Positions 17,143-28,585 of a stretch of DNA of 64,000 nucleotides are shown here, piece after piece. The stretch lies in the NCBI GenBank assembly GCA_049841175.1, contig JASGHA010000004.1, forward strand, positions 38,077 to 102,076, given 5' to 3'. The stretch's first letter is position 1; every line of letters starts with the position of its first letter. Source of the DNA: Rubrivivax sp. GTDB lineage: Bacteria; Pseudomonadota; Gammaproteobacteria; Burkholderiales; Burkholderiaceae_C. The notes below the pieces were generated by a model. The model made no database searches. It was not told the origin of the DNA and saw only the letters and a program-made list of their open reading frames with translations. A program made the position numbers and the translations under genes.

Positions 17143-18273
17143 ATGCAGCGCTGGCGCGGGGTGGTGCGCAAGGCGCACCTGTGGCTGGGCCTGGGTCTGG
17201 GCGGCCTGTTCGCCGTGCTCGGGCTCAGCGGCTCGGTGCTGGTGTTCTACGAGGCGGTGGACGCGGCGCTGCACCCGGAGATCCGCGTGCGCAGCACGCT
17301 GCCGGCGCCGGGCTGGGACTCGCCGGTCTGGGATCAGGCGCTGGCCACCGTGCGCGCGCGCTGGCCCGAGCGCCGCGGCGCCTGGCGCTTCGAGGCCACC
17401 GGCCGGCCCGGGCCGCTGGCGGCGCGCTACCAGCCGCCGGGCGTCGGCCACCACGGCCAACGCATCATGGTCTGGCTGTCGCCCGACGGCCGCCAGGTGC
17501 TGCGCGAAGACGAGTGGGGCCGCTACGCGATGACCTGGCTCTACGACCTGCACATGAACCTGCTGCTCGGCGAAGGCGGCCGCGCCGTCGTCGGCTGGGC
17601 CGGCGTCGCGACGGCCGCGCTGCTGGCCAGCGGGCTCTGGGCCTGGTGGCCACGCGGCAGCTGGCGGCGTGCGCTGCACTTCAAGCGCGAGGCCGAACGC
17701 ACGCGCCGGCTGCGTGACCTGCACAAGATCGCCGGCCTGGCCGGCCTGCCGCTGCTGGCGATGCTGGTCGTCACCGGGGTGATGCTGGCGCTGCCCGACG
17801 AGAGCAACGCGGTGCTGGCGCGCACGCTCGGGCCGGTCACCCAGCCCGGGCCGGTGCGCGCGGCGTCGTCGGGCGAGCCGGTGGGCATCGCCACCGCGCT
17901 GGCCGTCGCGCACCGCGTGATGCCCGCAGGCCGGCTGGCCTGGGTCGAGGCGCCGGGGCCGGGCTTCGGTGCCTACATGGTGCGCGTGCAGCAGCCGGGC
18001 GACCCGAGCTGGCGTTTCCCGCACAGCAGCGTCTGGATCGACCCGGCCAGCGGCGCGGTGCTGGCGGTGCAGGACCGGCAGCGTTTCGGCGCCTCCAACG
18101 TCGTCAACAACTGGCTGCACCCGCTGCACGACGCCTCTGCCGGCGGGCTGTGGCTGCGCGTGCCGGTGGCGCTGGCCGGCCTCGTGCCGGCGCTGCTGCT
18201 GGCCACCGGCGTCTGGCGCTGGGCGCTGCTGCGCCGTGCGCGCCGCGGGGCGCTCAGCCGGCGCGGCGCCTGA
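17143..18273 (+). CDS. PepSY-associated TM helix domain protein
   Basis: AHLWLGL...GLSGSVLVF, LYDLHMNL, RDLHKIAG, WLHPLH; coupled to the receptor gene. Confidence 0.88.
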   Translation: MQRWRGVVRKAHLWLGLGLGGLFAVLGLSGSVLVFYEAVDAALHPEIRVRSTLPAPGWDSPVWDQALATVRARWPERRGAWRFEATGRPGPLAARYQPPGVGHHGQRIMVWLSPDGRQVLREDEWGRYAMTWLYDLHMNLLLGEGGRAVVGWAGVATAALLASGLWAWWPRGSWRRALHFKREAERTRRLRDLHKIAGLAGLPLLAMLVVTGVMLALPDESNAVLARTLGPVTQPGPVRAASSGEPVGIATALAVAHRVMPAGRLAWVEAPGPGFGAYMVRVQQPGDPSWRFPHSSVWIDPASGAVLAVQDRQRFGASNVVNNWLHPLHDASAGGLWLRVPVALAGLVPALLLATGVWRWALLRRARRGALSRRGA

Positions 18274-19003
18274 GCAGGTAGATGTCCATGATCCAGCCGT
18301 GGCGCGCGCGCGCTTCGGCGCGTGCGGCCAGGATCTTCGGCCCCGCCTCGGCCAGCGGCCCGGCGACGGTGATCTGCTCGGGCATGCCGACGTAGGCGCC
18401 CCACCAGATCTCGACGCCCTGCGGGTCCAGCGCCTCGAAGGCGCCGCCGGCGTCGAGCATGACGACGACGGTGTCGACCCCCGGCGGCCAGCCGTCCTCG
18501 CGCAGCCGGCGCCCGGTGGTGACGACGAAGGGCGCGCCGATCTCGTTGAGCGGGATCGCGTGCGCCGCGGTCAGCGCGTGCACCGAGGTGATGCCCGGCA
18601 CCACCGTCACCTGCGGCGGCGGCTGCAGCCGTGCGGCGATGCGCAGCGTGCTGTCGTACAGCGACGGGTCGCCCCAGACCAGCAGCGCGACGCGGCGCGC
18701 GCCGGGGTGCTCGGCGATCGTCCGCATCCAGACCTCGGCGATGGCGTCGTGCCAGTCGTCGACGCGGCGGCGGTAGTCGGCGGTGGCCGGGTCACGCACC
18801 GGCAGGTCGAACTCGGCGACCACGGTCTTGGCGTCGCGCAGCACCTCGGCGCAGATCGTGCGCCGCAGCTCGGCCAGGTCGGCCTTGTCCTCGCCTTTGC
18901 GCGGGATCAGCACCAGGTCGGCCGCGGCCAGCGTGCGCATCGCCTGCAGCGTCAGGTGCTCGGGGTTGCCGGTGCCGATGCCCACCAGCGCCAGTTCGAT
19001 CAT
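18254..19003 (-). CDS. cobF: Precorrin-6A synthase (deacetylating)
   Basis: LVGIGTGNPEHLT, LIPRKGEDK, YRRRVDDWH, LVWGDPSLYDST, VPGITS, GWIMDIYLL. Confidence 0.9.
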   Translation of the reverse strand: MIELALVGIGTGNPEHLTLQAMRTLAAADLVLIPRKGEDKADLAELRRTICAEVLRDAKTVVAEFDLPVRDPATADYRRRVDDWHDAIAEVWMRTIAEHPGARRVALLVWGDPSLYDSTLRIAARLQPPPQVTVVPGITSVHALTAAHAIPLNEIGAPFVVTTGRRLREDGWPPGVDTVVVMLDAGGAFEALDPQGVEIWWGAYVGMPEQITVAGPLAEAGPKILAARAEARARHGWIMDIYLLRRRAG

Positions 19004-19068
19004 CGTCGTCGGTCCTCGTGTCGCCGGGGGGGCGACGGGCGGGCGAGTGTACGGCCCGGGGCCGGTGT

Positions 19069-20493
19069 TCAGGCCGAGGCATAGGGCTCGCGCGGCCGCG
19101 TGTCGGCGTCGATGCGCAGCGCCCGGCCCAGCGCCGGGTAGGCGCGCTGGGCGCAGTCGCGGCGTTCGCAGAGCTTGCAGCCGGGGCCGATCGGCACCGC
19201 GGCGTCGGCACGGTCCGGCGCCAGGCCGCGGCCGTAGACCAGCCGGCCGGCATGGCGCAAGTCGCAGCCCAGCGCGACGGCGAAACGGCGCCCGGGTCGG
19301 CCCCAGCCGCCGTCGTGCTGCGTCACGCAGCGGGCGATCCACAGGTAGCGCCGGCCGTCGGGCATCTGCGCTAGCTGCGTCAGCACCTGGTCGGGCTGGG
19401 CGAAAGCTTCGTAGACCTTCCACAGCGGGCAGGTGCCGCCGGTGCGCGAGAAGTGGAAGTCGGTCGCCGACTGGCGCTTGGAGATGTTGCCGGCGCGGTC
19501 CACGCGCACGAAGAAGAACGGCACGCCGGGCGCGCCGGGGCGCTGCAGCGTCGACAGCCGGTGGCAGACGGTCTCGAAGCTGACGCCGTTGCGCCGCGCC
19601 AGCAGCTCGATGTCGTAGCCCAGCGCCTCGGCGGCGCCGAGGAAGGCGCCGTAAGGCAGCAGCAGCGCGCCGGCGAAGTAGCTCGCCAGGCCGATGCGCG
19701 CCAACGCCCGCGCTTCGTCGCTCGGCAGTGCCGGGTCGGCGACCAGTGTGGCGATCGGCGAGGCGGCTTCGAGCAGCGCCAGCTGCGCCGCCATCTGGAA
19801 GCCGCGCTGGCCGGGCGCCAGCTCGGGGTGCAGGCGCAGCGTGCGGCGTACCGGGTCGTAGCGGCGCAGGCCGGCGGCTTCGTCGGGTGCGGCCAGATGC
19901 ACGGCGACGCCGTGGCGGCGTTCCAGCCGCTGCTGCAGTGCCGGTGCCAGGTCGGCGGCTGAAGGCGAGGCCACGCCCAGTTCGGCGTGCAGCGCCTCGG
20001 CCAGCGCGTCGAGCTCGGCGACGTGGTTGTGGCGGGCGTAGAAGAAGTCGCGCACCGCCTCGTGCGGCTGCAGCGGGCCGACCTGGGCCAGCAGCTCGCG
20101 GTCGCCGGCCTGCGCGGCCAGTGCCTGCAGCCGCTGCCGCGTGTCGTCGGCGTGGCGGTGCAGGGCGATGACGCGGCGCGCCAGCCCCGGCATCTGCCGC
20201 GCCAGCGCCTGCAGCTCGGCCTGCGCCACCGGCTCGGCCGCGTCGCTGTCGGCCACGGCTTCCTGGAGCTGGGCCACCAGGCGCGCCTCGTCGTCTTCGC
20301 TGAACCACTGCGCGTCCACGCCCAGGGTGGCCTGCAGCTTCAGCAGCACCGGCACCGACAGCGGCCGCTGGTCGTGCTCGATCTGGTTCAGGTAGCTCGG
20401 CGACAGGCCCAGTTGTTGGGCCAGCGCCGCCTGCGTCAGGCCGCTGCGTTCGCGCAGCGTGCGCAGGCGCACGCCCATGAAGGTCTTGCGCAT
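19069..20493 (-). CDS. XRE-family short-chain fatty acyl-CoA regulator (ScfR/RamB/PrpR-like)
   Basis: HTH LSPSYLNQIEHDQRPL, ETVCHRLSTLQRPG, RVDRAGNISKRQSA, GGTCPLW, GPGCKLCER. Confidence 0.9.
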   Translation of the reverse strand: MRKTFMGVRLRTLRERSGLTQAALAQQLGLSPSYLNQIEHDQRPLSVPVLLKLQATLGVDAQWFSEDDEARLVAQLQEAVADSDAAEPVAQAELQALARQMPGLARRVIALHRHADDTRQRLQALAAQAGDRELLAQVGPLQPHEAVRDFFYARHNHVAELDALAEALHAELGVASPSAADLAPALQQRLERRHGVAVHLAAPDEAAGLRRYDPVRRTLRLHPELAPGQRGFQMAAQLALLEAASPIATLVADPALPSDEARALARIGLASYFAGALLLPYGAFLGAAEALGYDIELLARRNGVSFETVCHRLSTLQRPGAPGVPFFFVRVDRAGNISKRQSATDFHFSRTGGTCPLWKVYEAFAQPDQVLTQLAQMPDGRRYLWIARCVTQHDGGWGRPGRRFAVALGCDLRHAGRLVYGRGLAPDRADAAVPIGPGCKLCERRDCAQRAYPALGRALRIDADTRPREPYASA

Positions 20494-20505
20494 CGTGTCC
20501 GGGGC

Positions 20506-20615
20506 TTCGCAGTCTTCGCAAGATGGCGCAGACGGCTTCGCATTCATTTGCCTCTTCAGGCGTTTCGGGGAGTCGCCAGCATAGCGAAGATTGCGAACAT
20601 TCCGAACTCTCCGAT
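20506..20615. promoter_or_regulatory. 9-bp-periodic TTCGC/GCGAA repeats in the divergent promoter; candidate operator
   Basis: TTCGCA at 20506 and 20515; GCGAA/GCGAA/CCGAA/CCGAT at 20584, 20593, 20602 and 20611. Confidence 0.4.
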
Positions 20616-20621
20616 GAGCCC

Positions 20622-21062
20622 ATGCACGCCGTGCAAGACCTCCACCGCCGCCTGGCTGCCGCTCCCGCGCCGGAGCTGCCGCCGCTGGACCGCCTGACGC
20701 TGACCGAACTGGTGCTGCCCGAGCGGGCCAACCACTACGGCACGCTGTTCGGCCCCTATGGCCTGGCGCTGCTGGGCAAGGCCGCCTACCTGGTGGCGAC
20801 ACGCTTCACGCGGCAGGCCATCGTGATGGCGGCGGCCAGCCGGGTCGAGTTCCTGAAGCCGGCGCCGGTGGGCAGCGTGTTGCGTGTCGAGGCGCGCATC
20901 GCACGCGTGGGGCGCAGTTCGCTCACCGCCACCGTCGTCGCCAGTTTCGACGCCGCGCCCGGCACCCAGGCCGAGCAGGCCTTGCTCGGCAGCTTCGAGA
21001 TGGTGGCCGTCGACGAGCACGGCCGGCCGACGGCGGTGCTGGCGCGGCCAGCGCAAGCCTGA
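20622..21062 (+). CDS. Acyl-CoA thioesterase (HotDog fold)
   Basis: LVLPERANHYGTLFG, VEFLKPAPVGS, RVGRSSL, FEMVAVDEHGRP. Confidence 0.85.
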   Translation: MHAVQDLHRRLAAAPAPELPPLDRLTLTELVLPERANHYGTLFGPYGLALLGKAAYLVATRFTRQAIVMAAASRVEFLKPAPVGSVLRVEARIARVGRSSLTATVVASFDAAPGTQAEQALLGSFEMVAVDEHGRPTAVLARPAQA

Positions 21063-21078
21063 ATGCCGTCGCCGGGGC

Positions 21079-22783
21079 TCAGCCCGCCTGCGGATCCTCG
21101 GCGCTGACGCAGCAGTTGCGCCCGCGGCGCTTGGCGGCGTAGAGCGCCTCGTCGGCGCGCTGCAGCGCCACGACGACCGGGGTCGCGTGGCCGTCGGCCC
21201 AGGCGACGCCGGCGCTCAGCGTGACGTGGCCGGCTTCGGCGAAGGCGTGGCCTTGCACCGCCAGGCGGATCTTCTCGGCCACGCGGGCGGCGTCGTCCAG
21301 GCCGGCCAGGTCGGGCAGCAGCACGGCGAACTCCTCGCCGCCCAGGCGCGCGGCAAGGTCGGTCTCGCGGATCGAGGCTTCGAGCAGGCGCGAGATCTCC
21401 TGCAGCACACGGTCGCCGACGCTGTGGCCGAAGCGGTCGTTGACCGACTTGAACAGGTCCACGTCGAGCATCAAGAGGCCGATGCCGCGCCCGGTGCGGC
21501 GCGCGCGCGCCTCCTCGTCGGCGGCACGCTGCTCGAAGGCGCGGCGGTTGGCCAGGCCGGTCAGCGCGTCCTGCGAGGCCAGCCGGGCGAGTTCGGTGTT
21601 GGCCGCCGAGAGCTGGCGCGTGCGGTCGTCGACGGTTTGCTCCAGCTGCGCGTTGACCTGCTCCAGCCGCGCCTCGCGGTCGAGCAGGCTTTCGGTCATC
21701 GCGCGCACCGACTCGGTCATCGCCTCCAGCTCCGGCGAACCGCAGCGCTGCGGGAAGACGGCGCTGGCGCTGTCGCCGTCGCGCACCGCGACGACGGCCG
21801 CGGCCAGCTGTTCCAGCGGCCGGCTGATGCGCACCGCCAGCACGTAGGCGAGCGCGGTGACCAGCAGCGAGGCTGCGAGTCCGACGATGAACAGCCGGTC
21901 GCGCAGTGCCGAGATCGGCGCCGTCGCCACGTCGAGCGGCTGGCGCAGCACGACGCTCCAGCCCAGGTCCGACTGCAGTGTGGCCGGCACGGCCGCACGC
22001 GCCACCAGGTACGCCCGGCCATCGGCATCGGTCTGCACGCCGAAGTGCCCGGTGCGTGGTTCCTCGGGCTGGCGCATGTCCGGCGCATGCAGCGGGAACA
22101 GCAGCGTGCCGTCGCGCGCCAGGATCATCGCCTCGGTGCGCAAGGCCGCCGGGTCGCCGCGCACGGCGTCGGCCACGGCCCGGGCCACCCACTGCCAGCG
22201 CACGTGGGCGGCGAGCACGCCGCGCGCCTGGCCGTCGTGGTCGCGTACCGGCGCTGCCAGGTCGATGAAGTGCTGGGAGTCGGACGCTTCGTGTGCCTGC
22301 CGCGGTGCCAGTTGCGCGTCATCGTGAACGTCGCCGGTGTAGGCGCCGCGCAGGCCGGCGGCAAACCAGGGGCGTTGGCTGACATCGACGTTCCTGGGCA
22401 GCCCGCCGGTGGCGTTGCGCACCCGCCCGGCGGCGTCGGCCACGCCGATCCAGACGTATTCGTCGTTCGTCTCCTTGCGCAACCGCAGCGAGCGCAGCAC
22501 GCGTGCCGAGTCCAGCCGGCTTTCGACCAGCGAGGGCACCTGGCTGAGGATCACGAACTTCCTTCTCGCGCTCCTGCAGGCGCACGGCGAGCTGGAAGGC
22601 GGCCGAGCGCGCCGAACCCAGCAACTGCTGGCCGACGAACTCCTCGCGCTGGTGGCTGGCCAGCTGCTCCGCATACAGGCCGACGCCGAGCAGGGTGCAC
22701 AGGGCCAAGCCACCGGCCCACAGCGTGAGCCTGACTCGGAACGACCCCCAGGCCCGGGGCGAGACGTCCGGCGCCGGGTTCAT
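21079..22783 (-). pseudogene. Cache-HAMP-GGDEF diguanylate cyclase with one apparent +1 frameshift near 22558 (may be an assembly error)
   Basis: The N-terminal TM part (MNPAPDVSPRAW...EREKEV) and the remainder (VILSQV...DALTGLANRR...RLGGEEF) are in different frames. Confidence 0.75.
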
Positions 22784-22895
22784 CGGCCGACGCCGGGCCG
22801 CGCCACCGCGGGCATCCTGCACATGGACATGCCGTCACTGTGAATCAGCGCGGCGGCCCTGTCACGGCCAGGCTTCACGCCTGGCGGCCTGTCGT

Positions 22896-23453
22896 TCAGC
22901 CGCGGCGGCGCTTTCCGGCGAGCAGCAGGCCGCCGAAGGCCGCGGCGACCAGCGGCAGCGTCGCCGGCTCGGGCACGGCCGCGAAGTCGGTCACGACGGC
23001 GGTGGCGCTGCCGCCCCAGCCGTCGTTGGAGTTCATCGCCAGGCCGAAGACGGCGTCGTGGTCCAGCACCAGGCTGAAGCGGCCGGACTGCGGGTCGAAG
23101 CTGCCGCCGGCGCTCAGCGCCTGGAACTGGCCGTCGAGCAGCCAGCCGAAGACGTCGTTGTCCGAGCCGCCGTCGTCGGCGGTCGTGTAGGCCCAGTCGA
23201 AGCTGATCGCCGTGCCGGCGGCCAGCGCGACGGTGGCCGTCAGCTGGGTGGGCACGAAGGCCTGGTCGGGGTCGTTGGTGAAGTCGGCCGAGACCAGCGT
23301 CAGGCTGTCGGGCGCGATCGTCGCGACGCCGTTGCCGCCGTCGGTGTTGGCGACGGTCCAGGCCAGCGCGTCGACCGGGCCGGCGTGGGCGGCGAGGCAG
23401 CCGGCGGCCAGCAGGGCGGCGGCGACAGGGCGGAGCAGGGGGCGGGCGTTCAT
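22896..23453 (-). CDS. PEP-CTERM sorting domain protein
   Basis: Signal peptide; C-terminal VPEPATLPLVAAAFGGLLLAGKRRRG; ATG at 23453. Confidence 0.88.
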   Translation of the reverse strand: MNARPLLRPVAAALLAAGCLAAHAGPVDALAWTVANTDGGNGVATIAPDSLTLVSADFTNDPDQAFVPTQLTATVALAAGTAISFDWAYTTADDGGSDNDVFGWLLDGQFQALSAGGSFDPQSGRFSLVLDHDAVFGLAMNSNDGWGGSATAVVTDFAAVPEPATLPLVAAAFGGLLLAGKRRRG

Positions 23454-24835
23454 CGGGCGAAGCTCTGGTTGGCGAAGACCGAGCCGGCGAGGTCGGCGTC
23501 GGTGAAGCTGAAGACGAACCACTGGTTCGGGTTGTCCTGGCCGTCGGCGGTCGTCGGCAGGAAGTCGTTGTCGTTGCCGACGTACAGCGTGTGGCGCGTG
23601 ACGCCGTCGACGACGACGTCCTCGCCGAAGGCCATGCCTTCGAGCTTGGCCGGGATCGCGCTGGCCTTGATGCCGGCGGCGCCGAGCTTGGCGGCGATGT
23701 CCAGGAACAGCGTCTTGGCCAGCGCGTAAGGCGCCAGCGTCGAGGCGCCGCTCTTGCCGCTGACGTCGGTGCCGGTGGCCAGGTCGACCTTGTAGATGCG
23801 CTTGACGACGGCGCTGGAGCCGTCGCCGCGGCCCTTGCCGTCGCGTTCCAGCACCAGCAGCTCGTGCTCGTTGAGCGCCAGGATCTCGCTGCTGTTGTAG
23901 GTCTTGGCCTTGTCGGCGAGGTAGTTGTCGTAGACGTACTGCTGGGTCGCGCCGCTGGCCAGGTCGATCTTCAGGATGCGGTTGTAGCGGCCGCCGTCGC
24001 CGCCGTCCTGGATCAGCGGGCTCTGCACCATCGCGAACAGCGTCTTGCCGTCGGGCGAGATCGCCAGGCCTTCCATGCCCTTGTTGGCGACGCGGCCGCT
24101 GGTGTTGGTGCCGATCTCGGCGCTGCCGGACGCCGACTTGTGCGCCACCGCCAGCTCGGCCGGCAGCTTGGTGACGCGGCCGCGCGCGCCGGTGGCGCGG
24201 TCGAACTGGTAGACGTAGGGGCCGTACTCGTCGGAGACGAAGACCGTCGTGCCGCTGCGCGCCAGGCGGATGCCCTCGGGGTCCAGGCGGGCGTCGTTGC
24301 TGTCGGCCGAAGTCGTCGCCGGGTTGAAGTTGTCCGAACGGCCCGAGAAGTAGAAGCGGTTGGCGCCGTTGGCCGCCGGTACCGCGCTGAAGCCGCCGGC
24401 CGGGCTGCCGTAGGCGAGCGCCGTGCGGCTGTAGAGCAGCGTCGTGCCCAGCAGCGTCGGCGTCAGCGTGAACGGCAGGCCGGTCCTGGCGTCGGGCGTT
24501 GCGCTCAGCGCCAGCGACAGCGTGTGAAAGCGCGGGATGTAGCTCGTCGTGTCGTCGACGGCGCTGTTCCAGGCGACGGCGTTGGGGCCGCGGTCGGGCA
24601 GGGCGAGGAAGGTGCTGCCGCCGGCCCAGGTGAGGCCCGAGCCCAGGCCGCCGAGCAGGTCGCCGCGCTGGCCGTTTTCCAGCGGCCCGCTCTGGCCCGA
24701 GAAGTCGCTGCCGTTGCCCGGCAGCGAACCGATGGCGATCAGGTCGACGGCGAAGGCCGCGCCCGAGGCGCAGCCCAGGGCCAGCGCCGCGGCGGCAGCC
24801 AGCAGGCTGCGGTGATGGGTGGACATCGAGCTCAT
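23450..24835 (-). CDS. Esterase-like activity of phytase family protein
   Basis: Signal peptide, LPDRGPN, LDPEGI, VSDEYGP, NKGMEGLA, KLEGMAF, GNDNDF. Confidence 0.85.
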   Translation of the reverse strand: MSSMSTHHRSLLAAAAALALGCASGAAFAVDLIAIGSLPGNGSDFSGQSGPLENGQRGDLLGGLGSGLTWAGGSTFLALPDRGPNAVAWNSAVDDTTSYIPRFHTLSLALSATPDARTGLPFTLTPTLLGTTLLYSRTALAYGSPAGGFSAVPAANGANRFYFSGRSDNFNPATTSADSNDARLDPEGIRLARSGTTVFVSDEYGPYVYQFDRATGARGRVTKLPAELAVAHKSASGSAEIGTNTSGRVANKGMEGLAISPDGKTLFAMVQSPLIQDGGDGGRYNRILKIDLASGATQQYVYDNYLADKAKTYNSSEILALNEHELLVLERDGKGRGDGSSAVVKRIYKVDLATGTDVSGKSGASTLAPYALAKTLFLDIAAKLGAAGIKASAIPAKLEGMAFGEDVVVDGVTRHTLYVGNDNDFLPTTADGQDNPNQWFVFSFTDADLAGSVFANQSFAR

Positions 24836-25005
24836 GGTGTTGGTGTTCGGACGATGACGAGCGCGCCGATGCTCGTGGGGGGCCGTGAAGCTTCCGTGAC
24901 GGTCCCCCGGTTCCGGGGGGCGCAGGGCCGGCCGGCGGCTGAACCCGGCCGACGCCGGGCCCGGCTTTCGTTACCGTCGCGGCGACCGAACGACAACGAA
25001 CCGCC

Positions 25006-26598
25006 ATGGACTTCGCGCTCGCCTATCTCGCCCGGCAGGAGATCCTGCTGCTCTTCGTGCTCGTCGGCTTCGGCGCGCTGGCCGGCCGCGCCCGGCTGGC
25101 CGGCGTCTCGCTGGGCGCCGCCGCGGTGCTGTTCCTGGCCATCGCGCTCAGCGCCTGGGGCAAGTCGCGCGGCCACGAACTCGTCGTGCCCGAGGCGCTG
25201 GGCACGCTGGGTTTGACGCTGTTCACCTTCGCGATCGGCGTGATGTCGGGGCCGGGCTTCTTCGCCTCGCTCAGGCGCGGCATCTGGCCGATCCTGGCGA
25301 CCGTCGCGGTGCTGACGACGGCCGCGGTGGTGGCCGTGCTCGGCGGCCGCCTGCTGGGGCTGGACCCGGCGCTGGTGGCCGGCGCCTTCGCCGGTGCGGT
25401 GACGAACACGCCGGCGCTGGCCGCCGCGCGCGAAGCCGCCGGCAACAGCCCGCTGCCGACGATCGGCTACGCCGTGAGCTACGTCTTCGGCGTGCTCGGC
25501 ATGCTGCTGGCGACGCAGTTCGCGCTGCGCGACCGCGCCAACGACCATGACTCGCCGGCGCCGCTGGTCAACTGCACGGTGCGGGTCGAGACCGACACCG
25601 AGCCGCGCATCGGCGAGATCGAGCGCCGCCACGAGGGCCGCATCCGCTTCTCGCGCGTCAAACACGGCGGCAGCCGTTTCCCGACGCAGGCGCCGGGCGA
25701 TGCCGACGTGCTGCGCCGCCACGACCTGGTCACCGTCGTCGGCCCGGAGGACATCGTCGCGCGAGTCGCCGCCGAGCTGGGGCACACCTCGTCGCACACG
25801 CTGCACGCCGACCGCAGCGAGCTCGACTTCCGCCGCGTCACGCTGTCCAACGTGCAGCTCGCCGGCAACACGATCGCCGGGCTGGGGCTGATGCGGCGCT
25901 TCGGCGCCACCGTGACACGCGTGCGCCGCGGCGACGTCGACATGCTGGCCAACGACGACCTCGTGCTGCAGCCCGGCGACCGCGTGCGTGTCATCGCGCC
26001 GCGCGAGCAGATGGCGGCGGTGTCGGGTTTCCTCGGCGACTCCGAGCGTGGGCTCTCGGACATCAACCCGGTGGCGCTGGGCCTGGGCATGGCCGCCGGC
26101 ATCCTGCTCGGCAAGTTCGTCTTCCCGGTGCCGGGCGCCGAGTTCTCGATCGGCTCGGCCGCCGGCACGCTGGTGCTGGGCCTCGTCTTCGGTCAGCTGT
26201 GCCGCGTCGGGCCGGTGGTGACGACGCTGCCGCATTCGGCGGCGCAGGCGATCGCCGAGCTCGGGCTGCTGGTCTTCCTCGCCCAGGCCGGCACCAAGGC
26301 CGGCGGCCAGCTCGGCGCGGCTTTCGCGTCGGGCGCCTGGATCGATCTGCTGCTGCTCGGGCTGGTCGTCACGGCGACGACCGCCGTCGCGGTGACGCTG
26401 GTGATGCGGCGCGTCTTCGGCATGGGCTGCACGCGGCTGGCCGGCGTGCTGGCCGGCACGCAGACGCAGCCGGCGGTGCTGGCCTTCGCCAACGGCCGCA
26501 CCGGCCACGACAGCCGTGTCGCCCAGGGTTACGCGCTGGTCTATCCGGCAGCGATGATCACCAAGATCCTGCTCGGCCAGGTGCTCGGCGGGCTGTAG
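25006..26598 (+). CDS. Aspartate:alanine exchanger (AspT/YidE/YbjL) family transporter with TrkA-C domains
   Basis: GAFAGAVTNTPALAAA, AGTQTQPAVLAFA, YALVYP and two internal TrkA-C-like repeats. Confidence 0.88.
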   Translation: MDFALAYLARQEILLLFVLVGFGALAGRARLAGVSLGAAAVLFLAIALSAWGKSRGHELVVPEALGTLGLTLFTFAIGVMSGPGFFASLRRGIWPILATVAVLTTAAVVAVLGGRLLGLDPALVAGAFAGAVTNTPALAAAREAAGNSPLPTIGYAVSYVFGVLGMLLATQFALRDRANDHDSPAPLVNCTVRVETDTEPRIGEIERRHEGRIRFSRVKHGGSRFPTQAPGDADVLRRHDLVTVVGPEDIVARVAAELGHTSSHTLHADRSELDFRRVTLSNVQLAGNTIAGLGLMRRFGATVTRVRRGDVDMLANDDLVLQPGDRVRVIAPREQMAAVSGFLGDSERGLSDINPVALGLGMAAGILLGKFVFPVPGAEFSIGSAAGTLVLGLVFGQLCRVGPVVTTLPHSAAQAIAELGLLVFLAQAGTKAGGQLGAAFASGAWIDLLLLGLVVTATTAVAVTLVMRRVFGMGCTRLAGVLAGTQTQPAVLAFANGRTGHDSRVAQGYALVYPAAMITKILLGQVLGGL

Positions 26599-26693
26599 CG
26601 CCGGGCGTGGCCCCGCGGCGCGCGGGCCGGTGCGGCGCGCACCGATAATCGCGCCCGTTCCGACACCGCCGCCCCACGAGGGCCGCCTGCGCC

Positions 26694-28395
<1,702 letters not shown>

Positions 28396-28534
28396 TAGTT
28401 CTCAGGCCGGGACGGCACGAACTGTCAACGCTTGTGGGTTCGCCGAGCGGACCCGAGGGTTTTTCGGAGATAATAGCTGTGCGTCGCGGCCTTCGGGCCG
28501 TCGACGTTCGTCTATTTCTCTTCATGACCTTCAA

Positions 28535-28566
28535 TATCCCGCGGGCTTGCCCGCGGGATACTTTTT
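28535..28566 (+). terminator. Intrinsic terminator after panBC
   Basis: TATCCCGCGGG-CTTG-CCCGCGGGATA followed by CTTTTT. Confidence 0.7.
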
Positions 28567-28585
28567 TAAGAGTTACAGACGAGTT

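Noticed and set aside
22896-25007. 703-aa PEP-CTERM protein from the ORF track
   Set aside because: The upstream part is an off-frame reading of the phytase-like gene; the real gene starts at ATG 23453.
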